Shown here one piece after another: positions 17,528 through 25,651 of a stretch of DNA of 32,000 nt. Every line of letters begins with the position of its first letter. The stretch's first letter is position 1. Made by a program: the position numbers and the translations under genes. The notes under the pieces are model-generated. The model had not been told where the DNA came from, searched no databases, and was given only the letters and a program-made list of their open reading frames with translations. This DNA comes from Methanothermobacter thermautotrophicus str. Delta H (lineage in GTDB: Archaea; Methanobacteriota; Methanobacteria; Methanobacteriales; Methanothermobacteraceae): the NCBI RefSeq assembly GCF_000008645.1, contig NC_000916.1:750001-782000 (forward strand), given 5' to 3'.

Positions 17528-18379
17528 TCAGAATGGTAGCTCTGCGTAAACGCCCTTTATAAATGCACTGGACCTGTCCCAGTTATTCACTGTTCCCAGG
17601 GCATTTGAGAAACTTGTTGCATCGGCGTCATACCATCTTCCATTGACGTACAGCTGTCCCCAGACGTGTCCATAGGTGTTACCGCTCCTGAATACACAGT
17701 TACCATGCATGTACCTTGCGGGTATGCCTGATGCCCTGGCAAGGGCAACAAGAAGGTGTGTATGGTCGCAGCAATTTGCTGATCCACTGTGGAGTGTACC
17801 AACGGCGCCTTTACGTGTATTGTAGTAGAAACTGTAGTCTATGCTGTCACGGACCCAGTTAAAGATCCTTACCGCCTTATCATAGGTTGAGTTACAGCCT
17901 GATGTGAGGTTACTGCTTAGAGAAGAGATCTCCTCATCCGAAACCTGGCAGTTATCGGTTTCCTTCAGATAATCAGAGAGTTCAGCGTATCCGACCCTTG
18001 TAACCTTTCTGTATCGTGTCTCGGTAACCCAGCGGTAGGTCTTTTTGTACCGGGTCACATAGGTGTAGGCATAGGTGTAACGGACCCTGTATTTCCCCTT
18101 CCGGTAGTAGTAGGTCCTGGTGGCCTTTTTAACCTTCACCCTGTAGGGCTTAAGGTAGGATACCTTCACCCGCACCTTATAGGGGACGTATTCATGGTAG
18201 GTGTAGTTCACTGTGGTCGATGCTGATGCCTTTGTATATGCAGCACTTGTGTTTCCGGTTGTACTGGATGTTAGATTTGATTCAGCTGCATTCACATCTC
18301 CAGCAGGCAGTACCACTACTCCGAGAAGCAGCAGTAATGCAAGTATCGAGTGACGCTTAATTTTACCGCCTCCATTCAT
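17528..18379 (-). CDS. Secreted transglutaminase-core (Cys-His-Asp) domain protein with an N-terminal Tyr/Lys/Arg-rich tract
   Basis: The signal or anchor is [22 protein letters not shown]. The core residues are [25 protein letters not shown] ... [19 protein letters not shown]. The tract at aa 58-131 is described in the findings. Confidence 0.75.
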   Translation of the reverse strand: MNGGGKIKRHSILALLLLLGVVVLPAGDVNAAESNLTSSTTGNTSAAYTKASASTTVNYTYHEYVPYKVRVKVSYLKPYRVKVKKATRTYYYRKGKYRVRYTYAYTYVTRYKKTYRWVTETRYRKVTRVGYAELSDYLKETDNCQVSDEEISSLSSNLTSGCNSTYDKAVRIFNWVRDSIDYSFYYNTRKGAVGTLHSGSANCCDHTHLLVALARASGIPARYMHGNCVFRSGNTYGHVWGQLYVNGRWYDADATSFSNALGTVNNWDRSSAFIKGVYAELPF

Positions 18380-18394
18380 GGGGAAGATATCCCC

Positions 18395-18419
18395 ATGGAC
18401 AGTTAAAGGTTGTCCATGA
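18395..18419. promoter_or_regulatory. Perfect 8-bp inverted repeat CATGGACA-N9-TGTCCATG, lying between the TATA-like box and the start codon of the transglutaminase-like gene
   Basis: Read directly: 18395-18402 is CATGGACA and 18412-18419 is TGTCCATG. It overlaps the expected TSS, about 25 nt downstream of the minus-strand TTTATAAG box (18424-18431). Confidence 0.45.
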
Positions 18420-18423
18420 AATA

Positions 18424-18431
18424 CTTATAAA
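18424..18431 (-). promoter_or_regulatory. TATA-box-like element (TTTATAAG on the minus strand) for the 17528..18379 gene
   Basis: It lies about 45 nt upstream of the ATG, in an AT-rich context. Confidence 0.4.
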
Positions 18432-18449
18432 TTTTGGTGGCCACGACCG

Positions 18450-18554
18450 GGTCAGTGATGGACATTATATGGGTGGGAGGCCCCACCATACCCTCGCAGA
18501 CTATCCAGAGTACCCAGGTCAGTGATGGACATTATATAGGTGGGTATAGGTGGG
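18450..18554. repeat. Two direct copies (67-bp period) of GGTCAGTGATGGACATTATATRGGTGGG..AGGC; the second copy contains a tandem 10-bp TATAGGTGGG x2
   Basis: Copy 1 is at 18450-18481 and copy 2 at 18517-18558. The 21-nt core is identical (18450-18470 = 18517-18537). The tandem decamers are at 18535-18544 and 18545-18554. Confidence 0.8.
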
Positions 18555-18693
18555 AGGCGTACCGCCGTCACAGGTGATTAGAGGTGGCCGCCAGCACGGA
18601 TTATCATATCAGTTAAGGCATCTAAACCATAACACCTTATTAAATCAGTTCACCAAAGTAATTATCACAGTCAAGTCAATTAAGGTGATCAAG

Positions 18694-19698
18694 ATGATAA
18701 GTGTGGGTATTATCGGAGCCAGTGGATACACTGGAGGTGAACTGCTGCGACTCCTCGAGAACCACAGGGAGGTGGAGGTGGTCTCAGCCACATCGAGGCA
18801 GTACAGTGGTGTTCCCGTGTCGAGGGTGCATCCACACCTCCAGGACACTGACCTGAAGTTTGAAGACGTCGGTGCCGGTGAAATAGACGCGGACCTTGTC
18901 TTCACAGCCACCCCCCACGGGGCCTCAATGAAGATCGTCCCCCAGCTTATAGAGAGGGGTATAAGGGTGGTGGACCTCAGCGGTGACTACCGCTTTGATG
19001 ACACTGAAACCTATGAGGAATGGTATGGAATCAAACACGAAAGCCCCCTCGAAGCGGTTTATGGTCTTCCTGAGATACACAGGGAGGAAATAGCCTCCGC
19101 AGATCTTGTGGCAAATCCTGGCTGTTTCCCGACGGGTGCAATACTTGCATGTCTCCCCCTGGTATATGAGAAGATTGCAGATACATTCATAATCGATTCG
19201 AAGACAGGGGTGAGTGGTGCGGGTGTTAAGCCAACAGCCCTGACCCATTACCCTCACTGCAGTGATAATGTAATTCCCTACAATGTAACAGGCCACAGGC
19301 ATACACCGGAGATAAGGCAGGAACTCTCAAGGCTGAATCCTGTGAGGCTCAGCTTCACACCACACCTCGTCCCGGTGACAAGGGGCATCCTTACAACAGC
19401 CCACACCTTCCTCCTTGAGGACCTGGAGCAGGGCGAAATCGCAGACATATTCATGGGATTCTATGATGGAGAACCCTTTGTAAGGGTTGTTGAGGGTATC
19501 CCTGGGCTCAGTGCAGTCAGGGGCTCCAACTTCTGCCAGATCGGATGCTTTGAGGTTGATGATAATCAGAGGGCTGTTATAGTATCAGCCATAGACAACC
19601 TTGTGAAGGGCGCATCCGGTCAGGCCATCCAGAACATGAACATAATGTTCGGGTTCAGGGAGGTCGAGGGTCTTGATTTCCCCGGGATGTACCCATAG
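18694..19698 (+). CDS. argC: N-acetyl-gamma-glutamyl-phosphate reductase
   Basis: It has [21 protein letters not shown] and an active-site region [14 protein letters not shown] 18694 is preceded by AAGGTGAT. The track start at 18550 extends into repeat-containing intergenic DNA. Confidence 0.9.
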
Positions 19699-19775
19699 CA
19701 CAGGACCGTTATTAAATGGGCAGAAATATATATGATGCCATCAAATCTCATCCCTAGGTGAATAAGCTGAGTGAT

Positions 19776-20276
19776 ATGATGAAAACGTGTGTAATTTATT
19801 ATTCTCGCAGCGGGAACACTGCAATGGTTGCAAGGACCCTTGCAGAGGAACTGAATGCTGATCTTATTGAGATCAGGGACCTTGATGATAGAAAAGGATT
19901 CATGAGCAGTTTCAGATCATCCATAGATGCCCTTCGAGAGTCAAAGACACCAATCAAGCCCGAAAAGGTCGACCTTTCAGGTTACGACCTTGTATACCTT
20001 GGAACACCCACCTGGGCAGGTAAACCCGCCCCCGCAATAATAACACTCATAGACAGGGTGGATTTCCTTGGAAAGGACGTGATACTTTTCACCACCATGA
20101 GCCGGCAGGGAGGTGAGGGTGCGATAGAGCGAATGGCAGAGAAGATAGGAGCACGGGGAGGAAGGATCATAAATTTCTTCATCCAGAAAACCGCGGGCAA
20201 AGAACTCATCCAGGTGAGGGAGGATACCCTCAGAACAATCAATGAGAAGGACCTGAAGATATACGAAGCCAGGTGA
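19776..20276 (+). CDS. Flavodoxin-family protein
   Basis: It has MMKTCVIYYSRSGNTAMVA (the FMN phosphate-binding loop) and GTPTWAGKP. GTG 19758 is an alternative, possibly leaderless, start given the TATA-like AAATATATAT at 19724-19733. Confidence 0.7.
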   Translation: MMKTCVIYYSRSGNTAMVARTLAEELNADLIEIRDLDDRKGFMSSFRSSIDALRESKTPIKPEKVDLSGYDLVYLGTPTWAGKPAPAIITLIDRVDFLGKDVILFTTMSRQGGEGAIERMAEKIGARGGRIINFFIQKTAGKELIQVREDTLRTINEKDLKIYEAR

Positions 20277-20288
20277 TCTATTTGACAG

Positions 20289-20432
20289 ATGGGAGAAACT
20301 TTAAAGGTGATCGTCTTGATTGACCGCATTTTAAAGTCATACAGGCCACTCATAGCCATACCAGCAGCCATAACTGTAATTGCGCTACTTCTCGTTGTCT
20401 TCAATGGACTCAACGAGAGTCGTGGACCTTAA
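20289..20432 (+). other. secF: 47-codon ORF encoding the SecF N-terminal transmembrane helix, out of frame with the rest of secF
   Basis: Manual translation gives [47 protein letters not shown]. It is below the track's size cutoff. The stop TAA is at 20430-20432. Confidence 0.7.
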
Positions 20433-21153
20433 GGGTGGAGCCCTTGCAGAGCTGACCCTCGAGAAGAGCGTTACCCAGGCCGAACTGGAATCGCTCCTCA
20501 GGGAGAAACTGGGCACAGGAGACATTAAGGTCCTCTCCATAAGAGGGGAAAGGGTGACGGTACAGTTCGGTACAGACATGGATGTTGTGAAGGTGAGTGA
20601 AGCCCTCAGGGGCACCGCAACCATCAACAGTTACAAGGCAGTCGGTCCCGTTCTGAGCAAACAGGCCATGAACCAGATCTACTGGGCCATTGGCTTCGCA
20701 TTCCTCTTCATGTCGGTGACGGTTTTCATAATATTCAGGGACCCGGTCCCCTCACTGGCAGTTATACTCGCAGCAGCATCTGATATCATAATAGCCGTGG
20801 GTGGGATGTCACTCTTTGGCATACCCCTCTCACTGGCATCTGTCGGTGCGATACTGATGCTCATAGGTTACAGCGTGGACACAGACATACTCCTTACCAC
20901 AAGGGTCCTTAAACGCAGGAAGGGGACCATAAACGAGAGGGCCCTGGGGGCCATGAAGACGGGTGTTACAATGTCCATAGCTGCAATCGCATCAATGGCA
21001 GCACTCTACCTTGTGACGGTGTTTGTGATGCCCGAGGCCAGGGTGCTGAGTGATATAGCAGCAGTCCTGATAATTGGGCTCCTGGCGGATATCCTGACCA
21101 CATGGCTCATGAACCTTGGAATTCTGAGATGGTACCTGGAGGTTAGATCATGA
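20380..21153 (+). CDS. secF: Protein-export membrane protein SecF, body of the gene; the reading frame is disrupted near 20410-20421
   Basis: It begins [11 protein letters not shown], followed by the periplasmic domain and five TM helices ([33 protein letters not shown]). The stop overlaps the secD start (ATGA at 21150-21153). The N-terminal TM1 lies in another frame. Confidence 0.8.
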   Translation: MRYFSLSSMDSTRVVDLKGGALAELTLEKSVTQAELESLLREKLGTGDIKVLSIRGERVTVQFGTDMDVVKVSEALRGTATINSYKAVGPVLSKQAMNQIYWAIGFAFLFMSVTVFIIFRDPVPSLAVILAAASDIIIAVGGMSLFGIPLSLASVGAILMLIGYSVDTDILLTTRVLKRRKGTINERALGAMKTGVTMSIAAIASMAALYLVTVFVMPEARVLSDIAAVLIIGLLADILTTWLMNLGILRWYLEVRS

Positions 21154-22361
21154 ACAGGAAGGTATCAAAGTTTCTTAAGGATTACAGGGTGATACTCCTC
21201 ATAGTCCTCGTGGCGGCGAGTATCACTGCAATATCAACCATGGGTATTCAGCAGGGACTTGACCTTCAGGGAGGGTCACTCATACAGATACAGCTCGAGA
21301 GGCCGGTTGATGCCGCCACCATGAACACCGTAACCAGTGTACTTGATAAGAGGCTCAACATATTCGGTGTGAAGGATGTGAAGGTGCGTGCAAGCGGAGA
21401 CCAGAACGTTATAGTTGAAATTGCTGGCGTCCAGCCGGACCAGGTCGCAGATATAGTTGGTAAACCCGGTAAGTTTGAGGCAAAGATAGGTAACGAGACC
21501 GTTCTCACAGGCACAGATATTGTGAGCGTCCAGCCCCCCATAATAACCGGGAATGAATGGGAGGTCCCATTCAGACTCTCAACAGATGGCGCCAGGAAGT
21601 TCGCAGAGGCAGCCAGGGGCAAGGCAGGAGAACCCGTTAAGATGTACCTGGACGACCGCCTCATAACAGCCCCTGAAATATCAGCCGAGGTTGCCACTGG
21701 AAAACCGGTCACAGATGTCAGGATAACAGGGGCAGAGAACAGCAAGGCAGAGGCCGAGGTCCAGGCGAAGGAGATAGAGACCCTCCTCAAATCAGGTTCG
21801 CTGCCGGTTAAGGTTAAGATAGTCGGTGTGAGCAGCGTATCCCCTGAACTCGGAAAACAGTTCGCAGAGGGTGCAGTGATCGCCGGGCTTCTCGCGGTTC
21901 TGGCAATAGCGGTGATACTCATAGTGAGGTACCGCAGCCCAATCCTCGTCCTGCCAATATTTTTCACAACCCTCGCAGAGCTCCTGCTTATACTGGGAGC
22001 GGCTGCTGTTATCCGGTGGAACATCGACCTTGCAGCCATAGCAGGTATACTGGCAGCGATAGGTACCGGGGTGGACGACCAGATAATCATAACAGACGAG
22101 GTCCTCTCGGGTGAGGGCCGCAGAACAAGGAGGAAGTTCAGGATAAAGGACGCCTTCTTCATAATATTCGCATCAGCAGGTACCCTCATAGCTGCAATGC
22201 TTCCACTGGCATACATAGGCTTTTCAAGGGGTGCCACAGGTATAGGTCTCCTTGCTGGCTTTGCATTCACAACGGTCCTCGGAGTCATCATAGGAGTCTT
22301 CATCACAAGACCAGTGTATGCAAGATTCATTGAAACCTTCAACGTTGCTGGAAGAAAATAG
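21150..22361 (+). CDS. secD: Protein-export membrane protein SecD
   Basis: 403 aa with an N-terminal TM helix, then [14 protein letters not shown] and a large extracytoplasmic domain. The C-terminal six-TM bundle contains [13 protein letters not shown]. Confidence 0.9.
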   Translation: MNRKVSKFLKDYRVILLIVLVAASITAISTMGIQQGLDLQGGSLIQIQLERPVDAATMNTVTSVLDKRLNIFGVKDVKVRASGDQNVIVEIAGVQPDQVADIVGKPGKFEAKIGNETVLTGTDIVSVQPPIITGNEWEVPFRLSTDGARKFAEAARGKAGEPVKMYLDDRLITAPEISAEVATGKPVTDVRITGAENSKAEAEVQAKEIETLLKSGSLPVKVKIVGVSSVSPELGKQFAEGAVIAGLLAVLAIAVILIVRYRSPILVLPIFFTTLAELLLILGAAAVIRWNIDLAAIAGILAAIGTGVDDQIIITDEVLSGEGRRTRRKFRIKDAFFIIFASAGTLIAAMLPLAYIGFSRGATGIGLLAGFAFTTVLGVIIGVFITRPVYARFIETFNVAGRK

Positions 22362-22435
22362 GAGGGTCCTCACCAGTGAAGGGGAATAGGGGATGTCCCT
22401 TCCCCATTCAACGTCAGATAATAAGAGGGATGGAT

Positions 22436-22900
22436 ATGAAGAAACCCTTTGAACTGAGGGTCAAACCAATAAAGAACGGAACAGTTATCGATCATATAAC
22501 CGCAAACAGATCTCTGAATGTCCTCAACATCCTTGGGCTCCCTGATGGGCGCAGCAAGGTGACCGTTGCCATGAATATGGATTCCTCCCAGCTTGGATCC
22601 AAGGACATAGTTAAAATAGAGAACAGGGAACTCAAACCCTCGGAGGTTGACCAGATAGCCCTCATAGCCCCCAGAGCTACAATAAACATTGTGAGGGATT
22701 ATAAGATTGTTGAGAAGGCCAAGGTGAGGCTCATGGATGAGGTGAGGGGCATCCTCAGATGTCCCAACCCCAACTGCATCACAAACAGTGACGAGGGTGT
22801 TGAGAACCGTTTCTATGTCATCTCAGAGGAACCCGTTCTCCTACGCTGCTACTACTGTGAGCGCCTCATTGAGGCTGATGAGATAGAGTCACAGTTCTAG
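22436..22900 (+). CDS. pyrI: Aspartate carbamoyltransferase regulatory chain
   Basis: It has [15 protein letters not shown] and the C-terminal zinc domain CPNPNCITN...CYYCE. The start is ATG 22436 or 22430, after AGAGGGA. Confidence 0.9.
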   Translation: MKKPFELRVKPIKNGTVIDHITANRSLNVLNILGLPDGRSKVTVAMNMDSSQLGSKDIVKIENRELKPSEVDQIALIAPRATINIVRDYKIVEKAKVRLMDEVRGILRCPNPNCITNSDEGVENRFYVISEEPVLLRCYYCERLIEADEIESQF

Positions 22901-22983
22901 GAGTGATACCATGAAATTTGAATACCCTGAAAGCCAGATCACCCAGAGCCAGTCACAGTTCCAGGAGTGATACCATGAGATTG
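22887..22983 (+). repeat. 64-bp-period direct duplication of the pyrI stop / SD / ATG junction (28 nt, 1 mismatch)
   Basis: AGTCACAGTTCTAGGAGTGATACCATGA at 22887-22914 matches AGTCACAGTTCCAGGAGTGATACCATGA at 22951-22978. The single T/C difference changes the pyrI TAG into CAG in copy 2. Confidence 0.85.
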
Positions 22984-24645
22984 AAGTTAGCTGTCATTCT
23001 GATGGCATTCCTCCTTTTAGTTTCGCCTGCATCTGCAGCACTTTTTGTAACGAACCCCTCCCATGCTGTCATAACTGCACCTGCAGCGGCCCATACAGAT
23101 GGCAGGTTGATAATCAGCAGTTACACGCCTGAGAAGTCTGTGGTGAAGTATCTCAGGGGCCAGAACCCGGTGGTTGTCGGCGATATAAGGTTAAACGGGA
23201 CCAGGATCCCTGCAAGGACATCTTCACTTGCACGTTACTGGACCCGGAGTGACGTGGTTGTTCTGGGGACAGGGTCAGACATTTCAGCAGCATATCTTGC
23301 AATAAAAAACGATGCTCCCCTGCTTATAGCCGGTAAAACATTACCAGCAGCCACCAGGACAGAAATAAAACGTTTAAAGCCCAGGAGCATAATCATATGC
23401 GCATCTCCGTCAGCCATACCGTCCTCATCCCTGAGGGGTCTTGGAATACCCTGCAGGCGGGTCTGGTATGGAAGTGATGCTGCAACCCTCAGCGCAGTCC
23501 GGCCAGCATCTTCACGGAAGGTATCAGCGCCAGGGAAGCTTCTGCCGGTTGCCATGGTAATCTGGAAGACCAGGGCATCCTACAGTATTTCAACAGGAGT
23601 GAAGGTCAACGGCACATCCCTCTGGTCTTCAGGGTACCCCACAACCTCGATTATAATGAACCGTTACGCATCAGGCAACCCAGAAACCATATACATAAGC
23701 TCTGACAGGCTCAGTGGTGTGAATGGCAGGAGCCTGATGGAGTCCATAAGGGCCGAGATAAGTGGTTCAGCCAGGGTCATAATTGATGAGAAGTCACCCG
23801 CCCCTGGAGAGGCTGACCGGGCGATTAAGAACGCCCCGAATGGTTCGCTGGCTGTTTACATAGCTGCAGCATGTCCCGGCACAATGTACGGTACTGTATC
23901 AGGCGTGAAGAAAGGGTACCTGAGATCCTATGCCAGTGGACTTGATGGTATCGTCTATGTGAACTATGGAAGTCTCAACCTTGCCTCGACTGGATACCTG
24001 CCGAGGGCCTGGGACGATAACTTCTCCAGCGCATACTTCGCAGGGATAAATGAACCTGCAAGATTCCTGAGGGATGCAGGTATACTTCTCATAGAACCCA
24101 AGAACTTCAGCCGTGATGAACAGATACACCTCACAGCCATGAAGCTGATTGACTATGCCTACTCTGCAGATGGAGATCACCTGGGGGATATGGATACCTC
24201 CAGATACGTTGCAAGGCATGAGATTGACCCCACAACGCTATCCACAGACGCCAGGAGAATAGTCAGGGGAGAGGCCACGTTAATGCCCCGGCAGGAATGG
24301 GTATACCTTGCATCACAGTACATTGCAGGGCTTCCCATAAGGAAGAACACCACAGGGATATCAGATGCCTCATCATCCATTAACACCTACACCGGGACAC
24401 TGTCAAGGACAGAGTACCGTGACGTTGCACGGAGGGTCTATGAGTTCACCAGGCGTAATGGCAGGCTCCCATCATATGTGCAGGTGGGTGCTGATAAGAT
24501 CGGCAGGGATGAATACACAGCCATGTTTGCACAGATAATCCAGAACCACACCGAAAGGAGCAAGATGGTGTTCCCATCATCTGTGAAGGTCGGTGAGAGC
24601 CTGATTGACAGTGTGGTGGAGTTCATAAAGGACCTCATCACCTGA
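22975..24645 (+). CDS. Secreted protein with a CWB2-like (cell wall binding repeat 2-like) module, an unassigned central domain and a C-terminal pseudomurein-binding repeat (PMBR)
   Basis: ATG 22975 follows AGGAGTGAT. The signal peptide is MRLKLAVILMAFLLLVSPASA. The CWB2-like stretch is VVVLGTGSDISAAYLAIKNDAPLLIAGKTLPAATRTEIKRLKPRSIIICASPSAIP (about 23227-23427). The PMBR-like stretch is LSRTEYRDVARRVYEFTRRNGRLPSYVQVGADKIGRDEYTAMFAQII (24400-24546). Confidence 0.7.
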   Translation: MRLKLAVILMAFLLLVSPASAALFVTNPSHAVITAPAAAHTDGRLIISSYTPEKSVVKYLRGQNPVVVGDIRLNGTRIPARTSSLARYWTRSDVVVLGTGSDISAAYLAIKNDAPLLIAGKTLPAATRTEIKRLKPRSIIICASPSAIPSSSLRGLGIPCRRVWYGSDAATLSAVRPASSRKVSAPGKLLPVAMVIWKTRASYSISTGVKVNGTSLWSSGYPTTSIIMNRYASGNPETIYISSDRLSGVNGRSLMESIRAEISGSARVIIDEKSPAPGEADRAIKNAPNGSLAVYIAAACPGTMYGTVSGVKKGYLRSYASGLDGIVYVNYGSLNLASTGYLPRAWDDNFSSAYFAGINEPARFLRDAGILLIEPKNFSRDEQIHLTAMKLIDYAYSADGDHLGDMDTSRYVARHEIDPTTLSTDARRIVRGEATLMPRQEWVYLASQYIAGLPIRKNTTGISDASSSINTYTGTLSRTEYRDVARRVYEFTRRNGRLPSYVQVGADKIGRDEYTAMFAQIIQNHTERSKMVFPSSVKVGESLIDSVVEFIKDLIT

Positions 24646-24653
24646 AACTTTCA

Positions 24654-24712
24654 TTTTTTCAAAAAAACCGTTAAAAAAGATAAAAATGAACCCTTCATTT
24701 TTCAGAAAAAAA
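24654..24712. terminator. Bidirectional terminator region with two copies of a TTCATTTTT(T)CA(G)AAAAAAA unit between convergent genes
   Basis: T6 at 24654-24659 immediately followed by A7 at 24661-24667. T5 at 24698-24702 followed by A7 at 24706-24712. This lies between the stop at 24643-24645 (+) and the stop at 24761-24763 (-). Confidence 0.5.
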
Positions 24713-24760
24713 GCCTGAGGGGATAAAATAGTAAGATAAAATAGAGACTCCTCTTAAAGA

Positions 24761-25555
24761 TCAGATGACCCCATTGTACTTGAGGAAGCCTATCATTTGA
24801 GTATAGGATTTTGTGACACTTCCAGATGCCACTGAGCCATGGGGAGATCTGACCTCAGCGGTCACTGCAGGGATACCTGCAAGGTTGCATACATCCTCAA
24901 GGGCTCCCGGATAATCCTTACCTGCAACCTGAGCCGGTATGAAGGCTGACCCGCTGTAACGGCTCATCTGGTATGCCATGCGGTAGCTTTCATAGGTGGG
25001 GATCCTTGTACAGAGGATGGATGTTTTCCCCGGGACTCCCCCAGGCCTTGTTGAATGGAAGTCACCGACTGCATCCACGTCCCTTGAAAGTGCAATCTGG
25101 AGTATCCTGTTTGTGGGTGTCCCCCTGATATTCGCTATGCTGTTGGGGTTCTTACCCTTCCAGTATCTGTAAGTTTTCGCGGTGGATGATGGTATGAGGA
25201 AGGGTACAACGTAGACAGTGCCTCTGATATTCCTGCCAGATAAGTAGTTTATGAGTTTCACAGCGGCTATGGACGCTGGAAGTTCATTTCCATGGACACC
25301 CGCCACTATTATAACTTTCTTCCCCCCTCCATTGCCAAATGTGAACATGGGTGTTCCCTTTCTGGCTGCCTGGAACACCTCGGACGTTACCTGGGTCCTG
25401 GGGGTGTACTTCTTTATGTAGTAGTTCTTTGACACATCCCCCCCTGTACCCGTGTAGATTATCTCAGTTTTGATGGCTGATGCTACCTGAAGAGTGGAGA
25501 ACAGAAGCACAGCCGAAAATAGGAGGGTCATGATTTTAAGCCATGAGTTTTTCAT
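24761..25555 (-). CDS. Secreted succinylglutamate desuccinylase/aspartoacylase (AstE/AspA, M14-like) family zinc hydrolase
   Basis: The signal peptide is MKNSWLKIMTLLFSAVLLFSTLQVASA. Motifs are VIIVAGVHGNELPAS (HxxE) and GDFHSTRPGG (distal His). The SD is AAAGGTGA. Confidence 0.7.
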   Translation of the reverse strand: MKNSWLKIMTLLFSAVLLFSTLQVASAIKTEIIYTGTGGDVSKNYYIKKYTPRTQVTSEVFQAARKGTPMFTFGNGGGKKVIIVAGVHGNELPASIAAVKLINYLSGRNIRGTVYVVPFLIPSSTAKTYRYWKGKNPNSIANIRGTPTNRILQIALSRDVDAVGDFHSTRPGGVPGKTSILCTRIPTYESYRMAYQMSRYSGSAFIPAQVAGKDYPGALEDVCNLAGIPAVTAEVRSPHGSVASGSVTKSYTQMIGFLKYNGVI

Positions 25556-25651
25556 AATTTCACCTTTGATATAGGTATGTTATCGCCGATATAAAAAAAT
25601 AATCCAGAAATTGAATAACAGCAGCATGTATTAAGATCGGGAAAGGCTCCA

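Noticed and set aside
18550-18693. N-terminal extensions offered by the ORF track: argC from 18550, carS from 5672, EamA from 14427, hisA from 16116, pyrI from 22376, the envelope protein from 22918 and secF from TTG 20380.
   Set aside because: The extensions start at GTG or TTG codons inside promoter or repeat DNA and add non-homologous residues. They are followed by in-frame ATG or GTG codons with GGTGAT/GGAGG-type SD boxes at the conserved N-termini.
21266-22342. A 358-aa ORF antisense to secD.
   Set aside because: It is a shadow ORF. The sense strand has unmistakable SecD motifs, translational coupling to secF and membrane-helix periodicity. The antisense product is Ser/Thr/Pro/Ala/Arg-rich low-complexity sequence with no start context.
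22436-22900. pyrI without an adjacent pyrB, considered as a possible rearrangement.
   Set aside because: Unlinked pyrB and pyrI genes are known in methanogens such as M. jannaschii, so this is probably the normal arrangement.
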